The notes under the pieces were generated by a model. The model saw only the letters and a list, made by a program, of their open reading frames with translations. It had not been told where the DNA came from and did not search any database. The translations under genes and the position numbers were made by a program. DNA of 35,615 nt from Actinomycetes bacterium (GTDB taxonomy: Bacteria; Actinomycetota; Humimicrobiia; JAHJRV01), in the NCBI GenBank assembly GCA_030612085.1, contig JAUWOM010000002.1:1-35615 (forward strand), read 5' to 3'. Of the stretch, positions 35,349 to 35,615 are shown one piece after another. The stretch's first letter is position 1; every line of letters starts with the position of its first letter.

Positions 35349-35615
35349 TTAGGTTAAATTTGAGTAAGAGTATGACAATATAAAATTAATAAATTTATTT
35401 AAAAGTGGAGTTATTTCTATCTTTTTATTTCTAACTAAGTACAACTTTCTTTTGACTATTAAGTTTTTGAATTTTATCTCTGATATCTCTTCACATTGAA
35501 GTGCTCTCCAAGCAGCAAATTTTGAAACTATTGTGATTCCTAAATTTGCTTGAGCTGCATTTATTACTGCTTGAGAGCTTCCCAATACTAACGCAATATT
35601 TAAATCATCTATTGA
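35349..35615 (-). CDS. LysR-family regulator, C-terminal substrate-binding part (N-terminus lies outside the window)
   Basis: The minus-strand frame is open to the window edge and reads SIDDLNIALVLGSSQAVINAAQANLGITIVSKFAAWRAL..., which resembles a LysR effector domain. Stop TAA (TTA on the + strand) at 35349-35351. Confidence 0.55.
   Translation of the reverse strand, partial: SIDDLNIALVLGSSQAVINAAQANLGITIVSKFAAWRALQCEEISEIKFKNLIVKRKLYLVRNKKIEITPLLNKFINFILSYSYSNLT

Overview
AT-rich bacterial chromosomal segment using the standard bacterial code (TGA is a stop at rplD and acpS). Every gene is on the + strand except a truncated LysR-type gene at the 3' edge. Contents in order: the last 14 codons of tuf; the complete S10-spc-alpha ribosomal supercluster (rpsJ to rplQ, including secY, adk, map, infA, rpmJ and rpoA; no rpmD); truA-rplM-rpsI ending in an intrinsic terminator; glmM-glnA-glmS; acpS-nnr-alr; an MDR zinc dehydrogenase; a CCA-adding enzyme; an HDAC-family deacetylase; a small Cys-containing protein; an HD-domain protein; a membrane-anchored SDH/ClpP-fold serine protease; a stand-alone Lrp/AsnC RAM-domain protein; an orphan ThiF/MoeB E1-like enzyme; and a fusion of two thioredoxin-like domains to a CcdA/DsbD-like membrane domain. 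No cas, toxin-antitoxin, restriction, integrase or transposase genes are visible, so I see no classical defence island. The unusual content is non-coding. The normally compact ribosomal supercluster has 100-250 nt spacers occupied by at least four families of short palindromic repeats. The main family is a ~54-nt imperfect hairpin present in seven copies, all in the same orientation as transcription, and two copies carry a nested GC-rich hairpin in their apical region. About half of the translation-apparatus genes start with TTG at positions that match conserved N-termini. infA has no canonical start codon. glnA sits between glmM and glmS behind a ~550-nt spacer that holds a near-consensus promoter and stacked hairpins.
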